Origin: Pyrinomonadaceae bacterium
Lineage (GTDB): Bacteria; Acidobacteriota; Blastocatellia; Pyrinomonadales; Pyrinomonadaceae
Direction of reading: 5' to 3'
Assembly: GCA_041745735.1 (NCBI GenBank)
Contig: JBGTII010000102.1
Coordinates: forward strand, 1,763-65,762
Length of the DNA stretch: 64,000 nucleotides
Positions 7,969 through 16,906 of the stretch are shown here, piece after piece. Below the pieces are notes generated by a model. It was not told the origin of the DNA, ran no database searches, and was given only the letters and a program-made list of their open reading frames with translations. A program made the translations under genes and the position numbers. Position 1 is the first letter of the stretch, and every line of letters begins with the position of its first letter.

Positions 7969-9432
7969 ATGGAGACTCTCAAGATTCGAACCGGTTTAGA
8001 GCCGGTCGTTTTATTCCACAAACTAAACAAGCTCGAACGCAGCGGTCGATACGCTGAAGCTCTAGACCTGATCTGTGAGGGGCGGGATGACCTGTCGCGC
8101 GTGCCCGAAACGGCGGATTTTTGTGCCGAGGACGCTGCGGAGTTACGGCTTAGATACGGCAGCCTGATAGGATTTTACGGTCACAATGAAATGATAAAGG
8201 GTGCGCAAGAGCACTCAAAAAATATTCTTACGGCTGTGCGCGAGGTTTTCCAAGAGCTTCGAAATGTTGAAAAGATCGCCGAGTGTGAGAATCTGATCGC
8301 ACTCGCCTATTGGCGAACTGGTGAATATCGCGAAACGGATCTCTGGATCGACACGGCGTTGTCACATGGCCTAACGCGAGCATCACGGGTACGCCTTCAC
8401 TCGTTCATGGTACGTAGCCTCAATTTTCTCTCGCTCAAAAAGCACGACCAAAATATCGCCTATTGTCGCTCGGTCGAAGAGGATTTTCGCAAATTTGGCG
8501 ATGCCTTGCTTAACGCATCGATTTGCTCGAATATGGGCATTTCTCTCAAAGACACGGGCCGCAGTTCAGAGGCACTTACTTATTTTACGCTCGCGAAAAC
8601 GTATCACGAAAAGTCGCGGCATCGCATCTACCTAGCAACTGTCGAGAATAATTTGGCGCTGCTACACATGAACGAAGGCAGTTTCCGGCTTGCCCATAGT
8701 TCGGTCGACGCGGCGATCGGCATTTATAAAAAATTAAAGGACAAGACACGCGAGGGCTCATCGCTCGAGACAAAAGCTCAGATCTGTCTGGCGGAAAAGC
8801 TGCCCGAGGCGGCACTCAATTATACTGACCGTTCGATTACCCTGCTGCGAAAGAGCGAGAATTTAGCTTATCTTGCCGAGTCGCTGATGACGCGGGCAAA
8901 GATACTGCTCATACTCGATAATTTCCAAGACGCGGTTCTTTCGATGATGGAAGCCGTTGATATCACGCGGCGTCAGACGGGCGAAACAGCGGCAAGAGAA
9001 TTGATCGACGAATTTCAAACCGCCCTCGATCCGGACAGAAAGGCGGTCAAAAACAACTTTCCCGCCGACTCTAACGAACTCGAGCTTGTCATACCTGCGT
9101 CCCTGTCAAAATACAGCGAATACAGTGGCGTCTGGATAAATAACTCGCACCTCGCCGATCTCGGCATCCCAAAAGGCTCGCTTGCCGTTACCGTCAACGA
9201 AAAGGTGAATCGTGGTGATCTGGTTGCAGCGGTCGAGCGGGATAGCGGTGCGGTCGTCTGCGGTTATTACGATTCGGATTTTGGCATGGTCTGTCTGGAA
9301 AGCGGGTCGGGCCAGCCGCATTTGTTCGATGAGAACGCAATTACGATCAAAGGTAAGATCGTTGGTGTCTGCCGCAACGGTGAAAACGCCGACGGCAAGA
9401 TGATCGTCGAGCCTATTGGTCTGACGGCCTAA
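7969..9432 (+). CDS. TPR-repeat protein with C-terminal LexA/S24-like (peptidase S24 fold) domain
   Basis: About 370 aa of TPR-like helical repeats. The C-terminus VWINNSHLADLGIPKGSLAV..GDLVAAVE..AVVCGYY..ITIKGKIVGVCRNGE then aligns by eye with the E. coli LexA C-terminal domain (VSGMSMKDIGIMDGDLLAV..GQVVVARI..VTVKRLK..FTIEGLAVGVIRNGD). The Ser position is kept; the Lys position reads Cys-Gly. Confidence 0.75.
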   Translation: METLKIRTGLEPVVLFHKLNKLERSGRYAEALDLICEGRDDLSRVPETADFCAEDAAELRLRYGSLIGFYGHNEMIKGAQEHSKNILTAVREVFQELRNVEKIAECENLIALAYWRTGEYRETDLWIDTALSHGLTRASRVRLHSFMVRSLNFLSLKKHDQNIAYCRSVEEDFRKFGDALLNASICSNMGISLKDTGRSSEALTYFTLAKTYHEKSRHRIYLATVENNLALLHMNEGSFRLAHSSVDAAIGIYKKLKDKTREGSSLETKAQICLAEKLPEAALNYTDRSITLLRKSENLAYLAESLMTRAKILLILDNFQDAVLSMMEAVDITRRQTGETAARELIDEFQTALDPDRKAVKNNFPADSNELELVIPASLSKYSEYSGVWINNSHLADLGIPKGSLAVTVNEKVNRGDLVAAVERDSGAVVCGYYDSDFGMVCLESGSGQPHLFDENAITIKGKIVGVCRNGENADGKMIVEPIGLTA

Positions 9433-10240
9433 AGTCTGAGATATCCATCGCAAAAGTTTCCTTTACATACTCTTCCTGAGCCTGATTAACACTCCTAAGA
9501 TTTGTCAGCCGCCGCTCTGATTTTTTGATATGCACACGTGTGCGGTTCGACATTTGTGCAAGCAGGTCGCGGCCCTCGGCCATCTCGTCCTCGACTCTTT
9601 TTCTTAGATCATAAAGTTCCGAACCCTCGATCTCTGCCCGCTCGTTGACGAGCTCGCCGAGTCTGACCTTTATCTGAAAGATCTGACGGATCGCTCGGAC
9701 TAGTTCATCGCCGACGGTGTCGCCGACGACGAGATCCGGGCTGTTGCGAAAATCTTCGACAAGTTTGTTGAGCTTTATTTGATCACCGGCTGAATAGGCG
9801 GCGTTTAGCTCAGCCATCAAGCCGTGGCGTTTTTCTTTCTCTCCGGCATCGAGAGCCAGATCGGGGTGGATGATGCGTGCGAGGTTGTGATAGGCTTTTT
9901 TGGCTTCGGCCGTTGGGTTAAATTTACGGTCGGCGGCATCGGCATCTTCGGCGGCACGAGCGGCTGATTCTTCGGCACGGCGACGCATTTCTTCGGCTTT
10001 TTTCTTGATCTCTTCGTCGTCGGGGACGAGCTTTACTTCTTCTTCGGCGATCTGCGCCTCGATATCGTCAAACTCTGCATACAGCCGCGCAACGCCCATC
10101 GTGTACTGGGCCTCAAACTGCTGCTGCAACGCCCGCAGATCGGTCATCTCCTCTTCGCGGTCGGCAAGCCGGTCCTTTAGCCGGTCGAGGACATGGCGTT
10201 TTTTATCGAGTTCGATATCTTCGGGGGCTAAGGGGGTCAT
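9413..10240 (-). CDS. J-domain (DnaJ-like) protein with coiled-coil regions
   Basis: HPD motif in KKAYHNLARIIHPDLA, flanked by long charged helical segments. The 3' end overlaps the convergent gene by 20 nt. Confidence 0.75.
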   Translation of the reverse strand: MTPLAPEDIELDKKRHVLDRLKDRLADREEEMTDLRALQQQFEAQYTMGVARLYAEFDDIEAQIAEEEVKLVPDDEEIKKKAEEMRRRAEESAARAAEDADAADRKFNPTAEAKKAYHNLARIIHPDLALDAGEKEKRHGLMAELNAAYSAGDQIKLNKLVEDFRNSPDLVVGDTVGDELVRAIRQIFQIKVRLGELVNERAEIEGSELYDLRKRVEDEMAEGRDLLAQMSNRTRVHIKKSERRLTNLRSVNQAQEEYVKETFAMDISDFRPSDQ

Positions 10241-10243
10241 TGA

Positions 10244-10978
10244 TCAAGAGTAGAGATTCATCGGACGTGTGAGCAGCTCGAACGGGTCGTTGACGTTTAA
10301 CATCTCACGGACAAAGAACGGTTCACCGGCTGCGACACCGATCATCGAGCCGTAATAACGCGAGCGGTTCGCGATCTCGTCGAGATAGCTCTTGCCGGTG
10401 AGCATCGTTTCAGGTTCTGTCGAATTTGGATCGTAAAACTGTGAACGGTGAGAATGGAGGGCGTCCATTTTTGCATCGAGAAAATCTGAGATATCGACGA
10501 TAAATGACGGGACGACACGGCGTGAAAATACATTATGGGCAACGATCGGCGGAGGTATCTTTTCATCGCCGGTGTCGGGGTCGTAATTTCGCATTGCCGC
10601 AAGACGTGACGATTCGCGCACAAGGGTTGCGATGTGATCGTGATCAGCATGGCTGTCATTTTCCTGATGCGTGAGTATCACCCGGGGCTTGAGCCGTCTC
10701 AACGCCCTGACCAACGCAACGCGTGCGTCGTCGGTCACAAAAACATGCCCGTCCGGTAGCCCGAGATTGTCGCGGATATCGAGCTTTAAAATCTTTGCCG
10801 CGTCTTCGGCCTCGACGGCCCGCCCCTCGACCGTCCCGCGAGTACCCATCTCGCCGCGGGTCACATCGAGTGCACCCGTACGATAGCCGAGATCTTTCAG
10901 CTTTAACATTGTGCCGCCCACCGACAGTTCAAGATCATCCGGGTGAGCGAAAATTGCGAGAATATCCACCGTGTTCAT
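10244..10978 (-). CDS. bshB1: PIG-L family deacetylase, BshB1-like (bacillithiol biosynthesis deacetylase)
   Basis: VDILAIFAHPDDLELSVGGTM..DVTRGEMGTRGT matches the LmbE/PIG-L zinc-deacetylase N-terminus in its BshB1-like form. The subfamily call is inference. Confidence 0.65.
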   Translation of the reverse strand: MNTVDILAIFAHPDDLELSVGGTMLKLKDLGYRTGALDVTRGEMGTRGTVEGRAVEAEDAAKILKLDIRDNLGLPDGHVFVTDDARVALVRALRRLKPRVILTHQENDSHADHDHIATLVRESSRLAAMRNYDPDTGDEKIPPPIVAHNVFSRRVVPSFIVDISDFLDAKMDALHSHRSQFYDPNSTEPETMLTGKSYLDEIANRSRYYGSMIGVAAGEPFFVREMLNVNDPFELLTRPMNLYS

Positions 10979-11015
10979 AAACCTAATTTAGCACAGGGTT
11001 TGATACTATTCCTGT

Positions 11016-11783
11016 ATGAAACTCACCGTCCTCGGTTCGGGCACGTCGATACCACACCCAACGCGGAGCAGTTCAGGCTACTGGCTTGAGACCGCTGGCG
11101 GGACGATCTTGCTTGATTGTTCGGCGTCGGCGATACATCGGATGACGGAAGAGGAGTTGGACTGGACCAGGTTGGGAGCGATCTGGATCTCGCACTTTCA
11201 TCTAGATCATTGCGGCGGGCTGGCACCGTTCCTTGGCGGAACAAAGCATTCAACGGAGATGCAGCAGCGAACAAAGCCGTTGCGCATATTCGGGCCCGTC
11301 GGTCTAAAAGCCCTGCTCGCGAGATTTGATGCTGTAAATAACTATCGCCTATTCGAACAGCCTTTTCCCGTCGAGGTGATCGAGGTCGAACCTCTCGAGC
11401 CATTTGAGCTGTTGCCGGGCGTGTCCGCAGTCGCAATGAAAACGCCGCACACGAACGAAAGCCATGCGATCCATATTCGTGATTCTGACGAAAAGACTCT
11501 TGTTTATTCGGCCGATACCGGATTTGACGAGACGATCGCAACTTTTGCGAATCGCGTTGATCTGTTTATTTTGGAATGCTCATACATAAAAGATAAGCCT
11601 GTCCAGAAACATCTTGAGCTGGCTGAGGCGATGTTCCTCGTGCGAAAGGCTCACCCAAAATGGGCTATGTTTACACACTTTTATCCCGAGTGGGACGAGG
11701 TAGATTTTGAGACGGAAGTTGCCGCGTTCGATCCGCCGTGTGAGGTGGTCGAGGCCGTGGACGGGCTCCAGTTAGAGATTTAA
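11016..11783 (+). CDS. MBL-fold metallo-hydrolase (RNase Z-like)
   Basis: HFHLDHCGG (HxHxDH) motif; 255 aa. Confidence 0.8.
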   Translation: MKLTVLGSGTSIPHPTRSSSGYWLETAGGTILLDCSASAIHRMTEEELDWTRLGAIWISHFHLDHCGGLAPFLGGTKHSTEMQQRTKPLRIFGPVGLKALLARFDAVNNYRLFEQPFPVEVIEVEPLEPFELLPGVSAVAMKTPHTNESHAIHIRDSDEKTLVYSADTGFDETIATFANRVDLFILECSYIKDKPVQKHLELAEAMFLVRKAHPKWAMFTHFYPEWDEVDFETEVAAFDPPCEVVEAVDGLQLEI

Positions 11784-11789
11784 GCGAAG

Positions 11790-12227
11790 TTACTTAGTAT
11801 TTCGCTTTGCCATTGCCATGAGTTCCTCGGGCATCCATTTGTCGAGGTTCTTTTCTTCGGCACTGGCAATGCCTTTGTCGCGATTACGCCATTCTTTCGC
11901 GGGGTCGTCTTCACGGCCGGATTGTTTGGGATAGTTTTCGACTTGTTCGAGACTGATGACGATGCCGTGAGCGATGTCGTTCCAGTCTTCGTTTTGGATA
12001 CCGCGCAGGACGATCGGCAGACCGGCGGTCCAGTCTTCTTCGGGGGCGATGTTGTCGTATTCAGGAATGGTCAAAAACGCCGTCTCGGGAAACGGTTGGC
12101 CGCTGTATTCACCGATTATGCGTTTAGCAAGCTCATTGTACGACCCGCTCGGGTCGGCCGCCCTTATCTCAAGTGCTCTGCGAAAAATGTCTGATACTGT
12201 TGCCTGGTCGCCCATAGTGTTAGCCAA
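11790..12227 (-). CDS. hypothetical protein
   Basis: 145-aa ATG ORF filling the gap between flanking genes. No motif recognised. Confidence 0.55.
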   Translation of the reverse strand: MANTMGDQATVSDIFRRALEIRAADPSGSYNELAKRIIGEYSGQPFPETAFLTIPEYDNIAPEEDWTAGLPIVLRGIQNEDWNDIAHGIVISLEQVENYPKQSGREDDPAKEWRNRDKGIASAEEKNLDKWMPEELMAMAKRNTK

Positions 12228-12342
12228 AGATTATCACAGATAGCGGCAGATTTTAATTCGCCACATTAAGCCGCAATCGCTGCCAACTTTTTTCTTGATA
12301 AACAGCATCTGAAAAGATAGTCTTTAATTTCGCGAGGTCTTA

Positions 12343-13011
12343 ATGAGAAATACATTTTTTGCATTTGCGGTAATACTGCTTACGGTTGTTTTTGCCCTTG
12401 GGCAAAACGAACAGGCGCCTATCGTCGAGAAAGAGATCAGCTATAAAAACTGGACGTATAAGAGCATCCGGACCGGCGAAGATACAAATCTGCGTGACCT
12501 GACCGTTGGCAAAAAACTGGTGATCGTGGTGTATTTTGCCCCCTGGTGCGGTAACTGGAAATACGACGCCCCGATGCTTAACCGGCTCTACGAAAAGTAT
12601 AAGGGCAACGGTCTGGAAATAGTTGGGGTTGGCGAATATGATCCGGTCGCGAATATGAAGATCAGCCTCGACACACTAAAGATAGCGTTCCCGGCAGTTT
12701 ACGAATCAGAAAGTCGTGCTGAAAGACAAAAGACCAAGCATTTTGGATACCGCTCATCGACAGGTGATACACGCACCTCCGGTTCGCCCTGGTATATCTT
12801 TCTGCAACCGGCAATGTTTGAGAAAGGCGACACGCTTACTAGGAAGACTTTCGTCATCAATGGTGAAATGATCGAGGCCGAGGGTGAAAAGTTTATCCGC
12901 GAAAAGCTCGGACTGCCTGCCATCGACGCCAAATCCGCGACCGCCAAAAATGGCGAGATCGAGGTCTGCGACCCGGCAGACAAAAAGGCAACAGAGCTGA
13001 AAAAACCTTAA
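12343..13011 (+). CDS. secreted thioredoxin-fold (TlpA/redoxin-like) protein with C-G-N-W motif
   Basis: Signal peptide. VVYFAPWCGNWKYDAPMLNRLYEKY sits where redoxins carry WCxxC; the second Cys is replaced by Trp. Confidence 0.7.
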   Translation: MRNTFFAFAVILLTVVFALGQNEQAPIVEKEISYKNWTYKSIRTGEDTNLRDLTVGKKLVIVVYFAPWCGNWKYDAPMLNRLYEKYKGNGLEIVGVGEYDPVANMKISLDTLKIAFPAVYESESRAERQKTKHFGYRSSTGDTRTSGSPWYIFLQPAMFEKGDTLTRKTFVINGEMIEAEGEKFIREKLGLPAIDAKSATAKNGEIEVCDPADKKATELKKP

Positions 13012-13142
13012 TTAAATAATAGTTGCGAATACCGGAAAAAACGATTTTTTTGCATTCGTCGCCGCTTCCAGCCACCCCTTAAAACGCGAAATTTCGTTCA
13101 ATTCCTTGCCAGTCCTGAGCAAGCGGATTAAAATATCGCGTT

Positions 13143-13532
13143 ATGACAAAGACACACAAGATCATTTATTGGGTCGCGACTTTGTGGCTCGCGTTGGGGA
13201 TGACGTCTAGCGCCGTGGTGCAGTTGATGCGGATCCCCGAGGGCGTCCATAGCGTGACGCATCTGGGCTATCCGGCGTATTTGCTGACGATATTGGGCAT
13301 CTGGAAAATATTTGGCGTCATTGCTATACTCGCGCCAAAATTCCCGGTGGTAAAAGAATGGGCGTATGCCGGGTTTTTCTTTGTGGCGTCCGGGGCGTTC
13401 GTTTCACACGTTACAATGGGCGATCCTTTTGGGGAAATATTCCCGTCGATACTGCTAATGACTTTAACGGTTGTTTCGTGGTATCTCAGGCCGGCGAGCA
13501 GAAAAGTTGGTTCAGTCCAAGCCGCCTCGTAA
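13143..13532 (+). CDS. DoxX-like small membrane protein (tentative)
   Basis: 129 aa with four hydrophobic helices. Confidence 0.65.
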   Translation: MTKTHKIIYWVATLWLALGMTSSAVVQLMRIPEGVHSVTHLGYPAYLLTILGIWKIFGVIAILAPKFPVVKEWAYAGFFFVASGAFVSHVTMGDPFGEIFPSILLMTLTVVSWYLRPASRKVGSVQAAS

Positions 13533-13555
13533 AAACGACTGTAAATTAACATAAA

Positions 13556-14113
13556 ATGAAAAACGAATTGTTACCCGCAGATCGCGAAGAGCTGCTCAAT
13601 GAATTAAAGACGCGATTTGAGAAAAATATGGATCGCCATAAAGGTCTCGACTGGGCTGACGTTTTTGCAAGGCTCGAAGTTGATCCTGGAAAAATGTGGT
13701 CGATCAGTGAGATGGAACGCACCGGGGGTGAGCCTGATGTTGTCGGGTTTGATAAGGTGACGGGCGAATATGCTTTTTATGATTGCTCTATGGAGAGCCC
13801 CAAAGGCCGCCGTAGCCTTTGCTACGACCGAGCGGCGTGGGAATCGCGAAAAGAACATAAACCGGTAAGCAGCGCCCAGGAGATTGCCGCTGCGATGGGA
13901 GTTAAGATCCTAAGTGAAACTGAGTATCAGGAACTTCAAAAACTTGGGACTTTTGATACAAAAACATCTAGCTGGCTCGAAACGCCCGCCGACGTTCGAG
14001 ACTTAGGAGGAGCGATCTTTGGCGACTGGCGTTTCGGCCGCGTTTTTATTTACCACAACGGTGCCGAATCGTACTATGGAGCCCGAGCTTTCCGGGGTTC
14101 ACTACGAGTTTAG
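13556..14113 (+). CDS. DUF4256-like protein
   Basis: SEMERTGGEPDVVG block and overall size. Function unknown. Confidence 0.65.
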   Translation: MKNELLPADREELLNELKTRFEKNMDRHKGLDWADVFARLEVDPGKMWSISEMERTGGEPDVVGFDKVTGEYAFYDCSMESPKGRRSLCYDRAAWESRKEHKPVSSAQEIAAAMGVKILSETEYQELQKLGTFDTKTSSWLETPADVRDLGGAIFGDWRFGRVFIYHNGAESYYGARAFRGSLRV

Positions 14114-14547
14114 TTCGTTTCGGCAGGGTTTTTCGCAGCTAGAATATCGCGGATCTCCGTTAACAACGCTTCTTGCGGGGGCGGCGGTGTCGCAGCGGCG
14201 AGTCTCTTAAAATAGTCCATTGCCGCTTTGGCGATCAGAAACATAACAAACGCGACGATCACAAACGTAATTACATCGCTCATCAGCTGTCCATAACGGA
14301 GTAGCGGCGCCCCACTTTTTACGGCAGCGTCGATCTGTTCGGGTGTTGCACCGGCAACTAGATTTCCGCTGAGGTCAATAAACTTTGCCTTGAAATCAAC
14401 ACCGCCGGTGACGAGTCCTACGACCGGCATTACCATACCCTCGGTAAATGTCGTGACGATCTTGCCAAATGCCGCACCCATGATCACGCCGATAGCGAGT
14501 TCGAGCACATTGCCGCGTGCAATAAATGCCTTAAAATCATTTAACAT
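14110..14547 (-). CDS. mscL: large-conductance mechanosensitive channel MscL
   Basis: MLNDFKAFIARGNVLELAIGVIMGAAFGKIV is a near-canonical MscL N-terminus and TM1. The upstream extension of the ORF track (to 14661) is not MscL-like. Confidence 0.9.
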   Translation of the reverse strand: MLNDFKAFIARGNVLELAIGVIMGAAFGKIVTTFTEGMVMPVVGLVTGGVDFKAKFIDLSGNLVAGATPEQIDAAVKSGAPLLRYGQLMSDVITFVIVAFVMFLIAKAAMDYFKRLAAATPPPPQEALLTEIRDILAAKNPAETN

Positions 14548-14674
14548 AACGATTCTCCAATTGTTCCGTACATCAGTCGAGTAACTGCTCAAACTATTAA
14601 TTCGAATAAATAGGGATCGGGTTCCGCGTGTCATCGCACAACCCGATCCGCTAAATCTCAATGCTCGAGATGTT

Positions 14675-15199
14675 TTATTTTGGCAGAACGGCGAGCGTGT
14701 CCGTCAGTTTCATTGCGATGTCACGGAGCGGGTCTTTGGCCGCGACAAATCTGCCCGCGATCGCCGAATCCTCTGACTGTGTTGCAAGCTCTGTGATCCC
14801 CTGAATGTTAGTCAGGTATTTTTGTAAAATGGGTTTAGTGCGAAATTCTGATTCAAGCGCCGTCAGGCCAACTCTCAGATTTCGGATTGATTGTATAGTC
14901 ATTTTTTTGTTCGACGCGTGTTTTGTCAAGATCGCATCTGATACGGTTTTAATCGCAAACGCCTTGTCTAACAACTCTAAAGCGTCGGCTTTTGGGCCGT
15001 ATTCGTCGACAAATCGTTGAACATTTTCCAACTGGTTCTCGGTCTTTTCGCGGGCTGCACGGACGTCGAGCGGTGGTATGGTCTTGACGACGACCGGCGG
15101 TTTTGGCTTCTTTTTGGTCGTCTTTCTCTGCGCAGTCGCAGTAACAGAGGTTGCGGCGAGGATAAGCATCGCAATTGCAAAAAGTCGAAAATGTCTCAT
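14675..15199 (-). CDS. secreted hypothetical protein
   Basis: Signal peptide MRHFRLFAIAMLILAATSVTATAQ, then a basic linker and a helical body. Confidence 0.6.
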   Translation of the reverse strand: MRHFRLFAIAMLILAATSVTATAQRKTTKKKPKPPVVVKTIPPLDVRAAREKTENQLENVQRFVDEYGPKADALELLDKAFAIKTVSDAILTKHASNKKMTIQSIRNLRVGLTALESEFRTKPILQKYLTNIQGITELATQSEDSAIAGRFVAAKDPLRDIAMKLTDTLAVLPK

Positions 15200-15247
15200 A
15201 ACGTTCGTTCCTGTTCAATCGGTCATAAAAATTTTATCATAGAGACA

Positions 15248-15928
15248 ATGTCTCAGCGTCATTTAGAGGTTCAAAGGCTTGGGCGGGTTGGCTATGCAAA
15301 ATCGCTCGAGCTCCAAAAAGAGCTCGAGGCCGAGGTGATATCGCGGTGTGCATCGGATCATCTGCTGCTGCTTGAGCATCCGCACACTTTTACTTTGGGA
15401 CGGCGGTCAAAAAATGACGGCGTGCTAGCGACGGCGGAATTGCTAAAGAATCTGGGCGTTGAGGTGTTTGAAATAAACCGCGGCGGCAAGGTGACGTACC
15501 ACGGGCTTGGCCAGATCGTCGGTTATCCTGTGATCTCGCTGTCGCCGGATCGCGAAGACGTGCATCGATACGTTCGCGATCTTGAGGAGGTATTGATCCG
15601 CACGCTCGGTGACCTCGGGATAGACGCATTTCGGATCGAGGGACTGACGGGCGTCCACACGACCGAGGGAAAGGTCGCAGCGATCGGCGTCCATATCAAA
15701 CGCTGGGTGACGACGCACGGGTTCGCATTAAATGTGAACACCGACCTGAGCTATTACAATTGGATCATCGCCTGCGAAGGCGAACCGGTGACCTCGATCG
15801 AACGCCTGCTCGGCCGCGAGGTCGATATGGCGGATGTCGAGACCAGGCTGATCGAGAATTTTAAGGATGTTTTTGAGTACGCAAGCGACGCCGTGACGAT
15901 CCGGGAGGCTGAGGTGGTTCATGCGTGA
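15248..15928 (+). CDS. lipB: lipoyl(octanoyl) transferase LipB
   Basis: RGGKVTYHGLGQIVGYP and KVAAIGVHIKRWVTTHGFALN motifs. The ATG at 15248 gives a normal 226-aa protein. Confidence 0.9.
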   Translation: MSQRHLEVQRLGRVGYAKSLELQKELEAEVISRCASDHLLLLEHPHTFTLGRRSKNDGVLATAELLKNLGVEVFEINRGGKVTYHGLGQIVGYPVISLSPDREDVHRYVRDLEEVLIRTLGDLGIDAFRIEGLTGVHTTEGKVAAIGVHIKRWVTTHGFALNVNTDLSYYNWIIACEGEPVTSIERLLGREVDMADVETRLIENFKDVFEYASDAVTIREAEVVHA

Positions 15929-15938
15929 GGTAATGATC

Positions 15939-16883
15939 ATGAAAGCAATTATTTTATTTATCGTGCTGATCTCTACTTTTGTTTTTACGGGCTGTGGCGG
16001 TGCCGCGAATAATAGCCAAAACGTTAACACGAACACTAATAAGCCAAAACCGCCGGAACCGCAAAATCTCGCGGTTGGCGAACGGCCGCAAAAGATCCAA
16101 GATCTGATGGCCGGACGCGGTGAACAGGACGCGGCTGCGCCGACGATCAAAGTGCTGGAGCCTAAGGCGAACGCCATGCTCACGAGCTCGGTTGTCAAAG
16201 TTAAGATTGAGGTCGGCGGTGACCTGAAAGGCTACATGCCCGGGATGAACGAGGAAACGCACACCGGCAACCACATACATGTCATCCTAGACAATCAACC
16301 ATATGAGGCATATTACAATCTAGGCAGCGAATTTGAGCTGCGAAATGTAGTTGATGGCGAGCATACTTTGCGCGTGTTTCCGTCGCGACCTTGGCACGAA
16401 AGCTACAAAAACGAGGGCGCGTTTCAGATAGTCAAGTTTACCGTCAAGAACGGCGGCGGCGATAAAACAAAACCGACGACCACGAGCAACGGCAATACCA
16501 TGGCAAACGCGACCGCCGCTCCGAAACCGACGCCCGAGGGCAAGGATATGCAGAATTCGACCGCAGGCCCGATTGACGCGGCCAAGCCTTTGCTGACCTA
16601 CAGCCGGCCAAAGGGCGAGTACAAGGGCGACGATGCAAACGCGATAATGATCGATTTTTGGCTGAGCAACGCAAAGCTGACTGGCGACGGCGGCGAATAT
16701 CGCGTCAGCTGGTCAGTCAACGGCGGCGAGGCAAAATTTATTGAAAAATGGGAACCCATCTGGCTGACCGGATGGGCTGCAGGGAAGCATAAGGTCGTCC
16801 TGACGCTGGTGAATAAGGACGGCAAGATAGTGGATAACGGCGGATTTAACGCTACGGTTCGCGAGATCGCGATAACAAAATAG
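15939..16883 (+). CDS. lipoprotein, hypothetical
   Basis: GAGGT lies 7 nt upstream of the ATG at 15939. MKAIILFIVLISTFVFTGCGG carries a lipobox. Confidence 0.65.
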   Translation: MKAIILFIVLISTFVFTGCGGAANNSQNVNTNTNKPKPPEPQNLAVGERPQKIQDLMAGRGEQDAAAPTIKVLEPKANAMLTSSVVKVKIEVGGDLKGYMPGMNEETHTGNHIHVILDNQPYEAYYNLGSEFELRNVVDGEHTLRVFPSRPWHESYKNEGAFQIVKFTVKNGGGDKTKPTTTSNGNTMANATAAPKPTPEGKDMQNSTAGPIDAAKPLLTYSRPKGEYKGDDANAIMIDFWLSNAKLTGDGGEYRVSWSVNGGEAKFIEKWEPIWLTGWAAGKHKVVLTLVNKDGKIVDNGGFNATVREIAITK

Positions 16884-16906
16884 GAACTGGAGAAACTTAA
16901 AAACTA

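Noticed and set aside
7195-9432. Possibility that the XRE plus S24-like genes mark a prophage immunity region.
   Set aside because: There is no integrase, excisionase, structural, lysis or att-like feature nearby. The flanking genes are ordinary chromosomal genes.
14548-14661. 38-aa N-terminal extension of the mscL ORF.
   Set aside because: The canonical MscL N-terminus begins at the ATG at 14547. The extension is not MscL-like.
15017-15247. 77-aa N-terminal extension of the lipB ORF.
   Set aside because: The extension is Arg/Cys-rich, overlaps the divergent 14675..15199 gene on the other strand and has no LipB similarity. The ATG at 15248 gives a canonical LipB.
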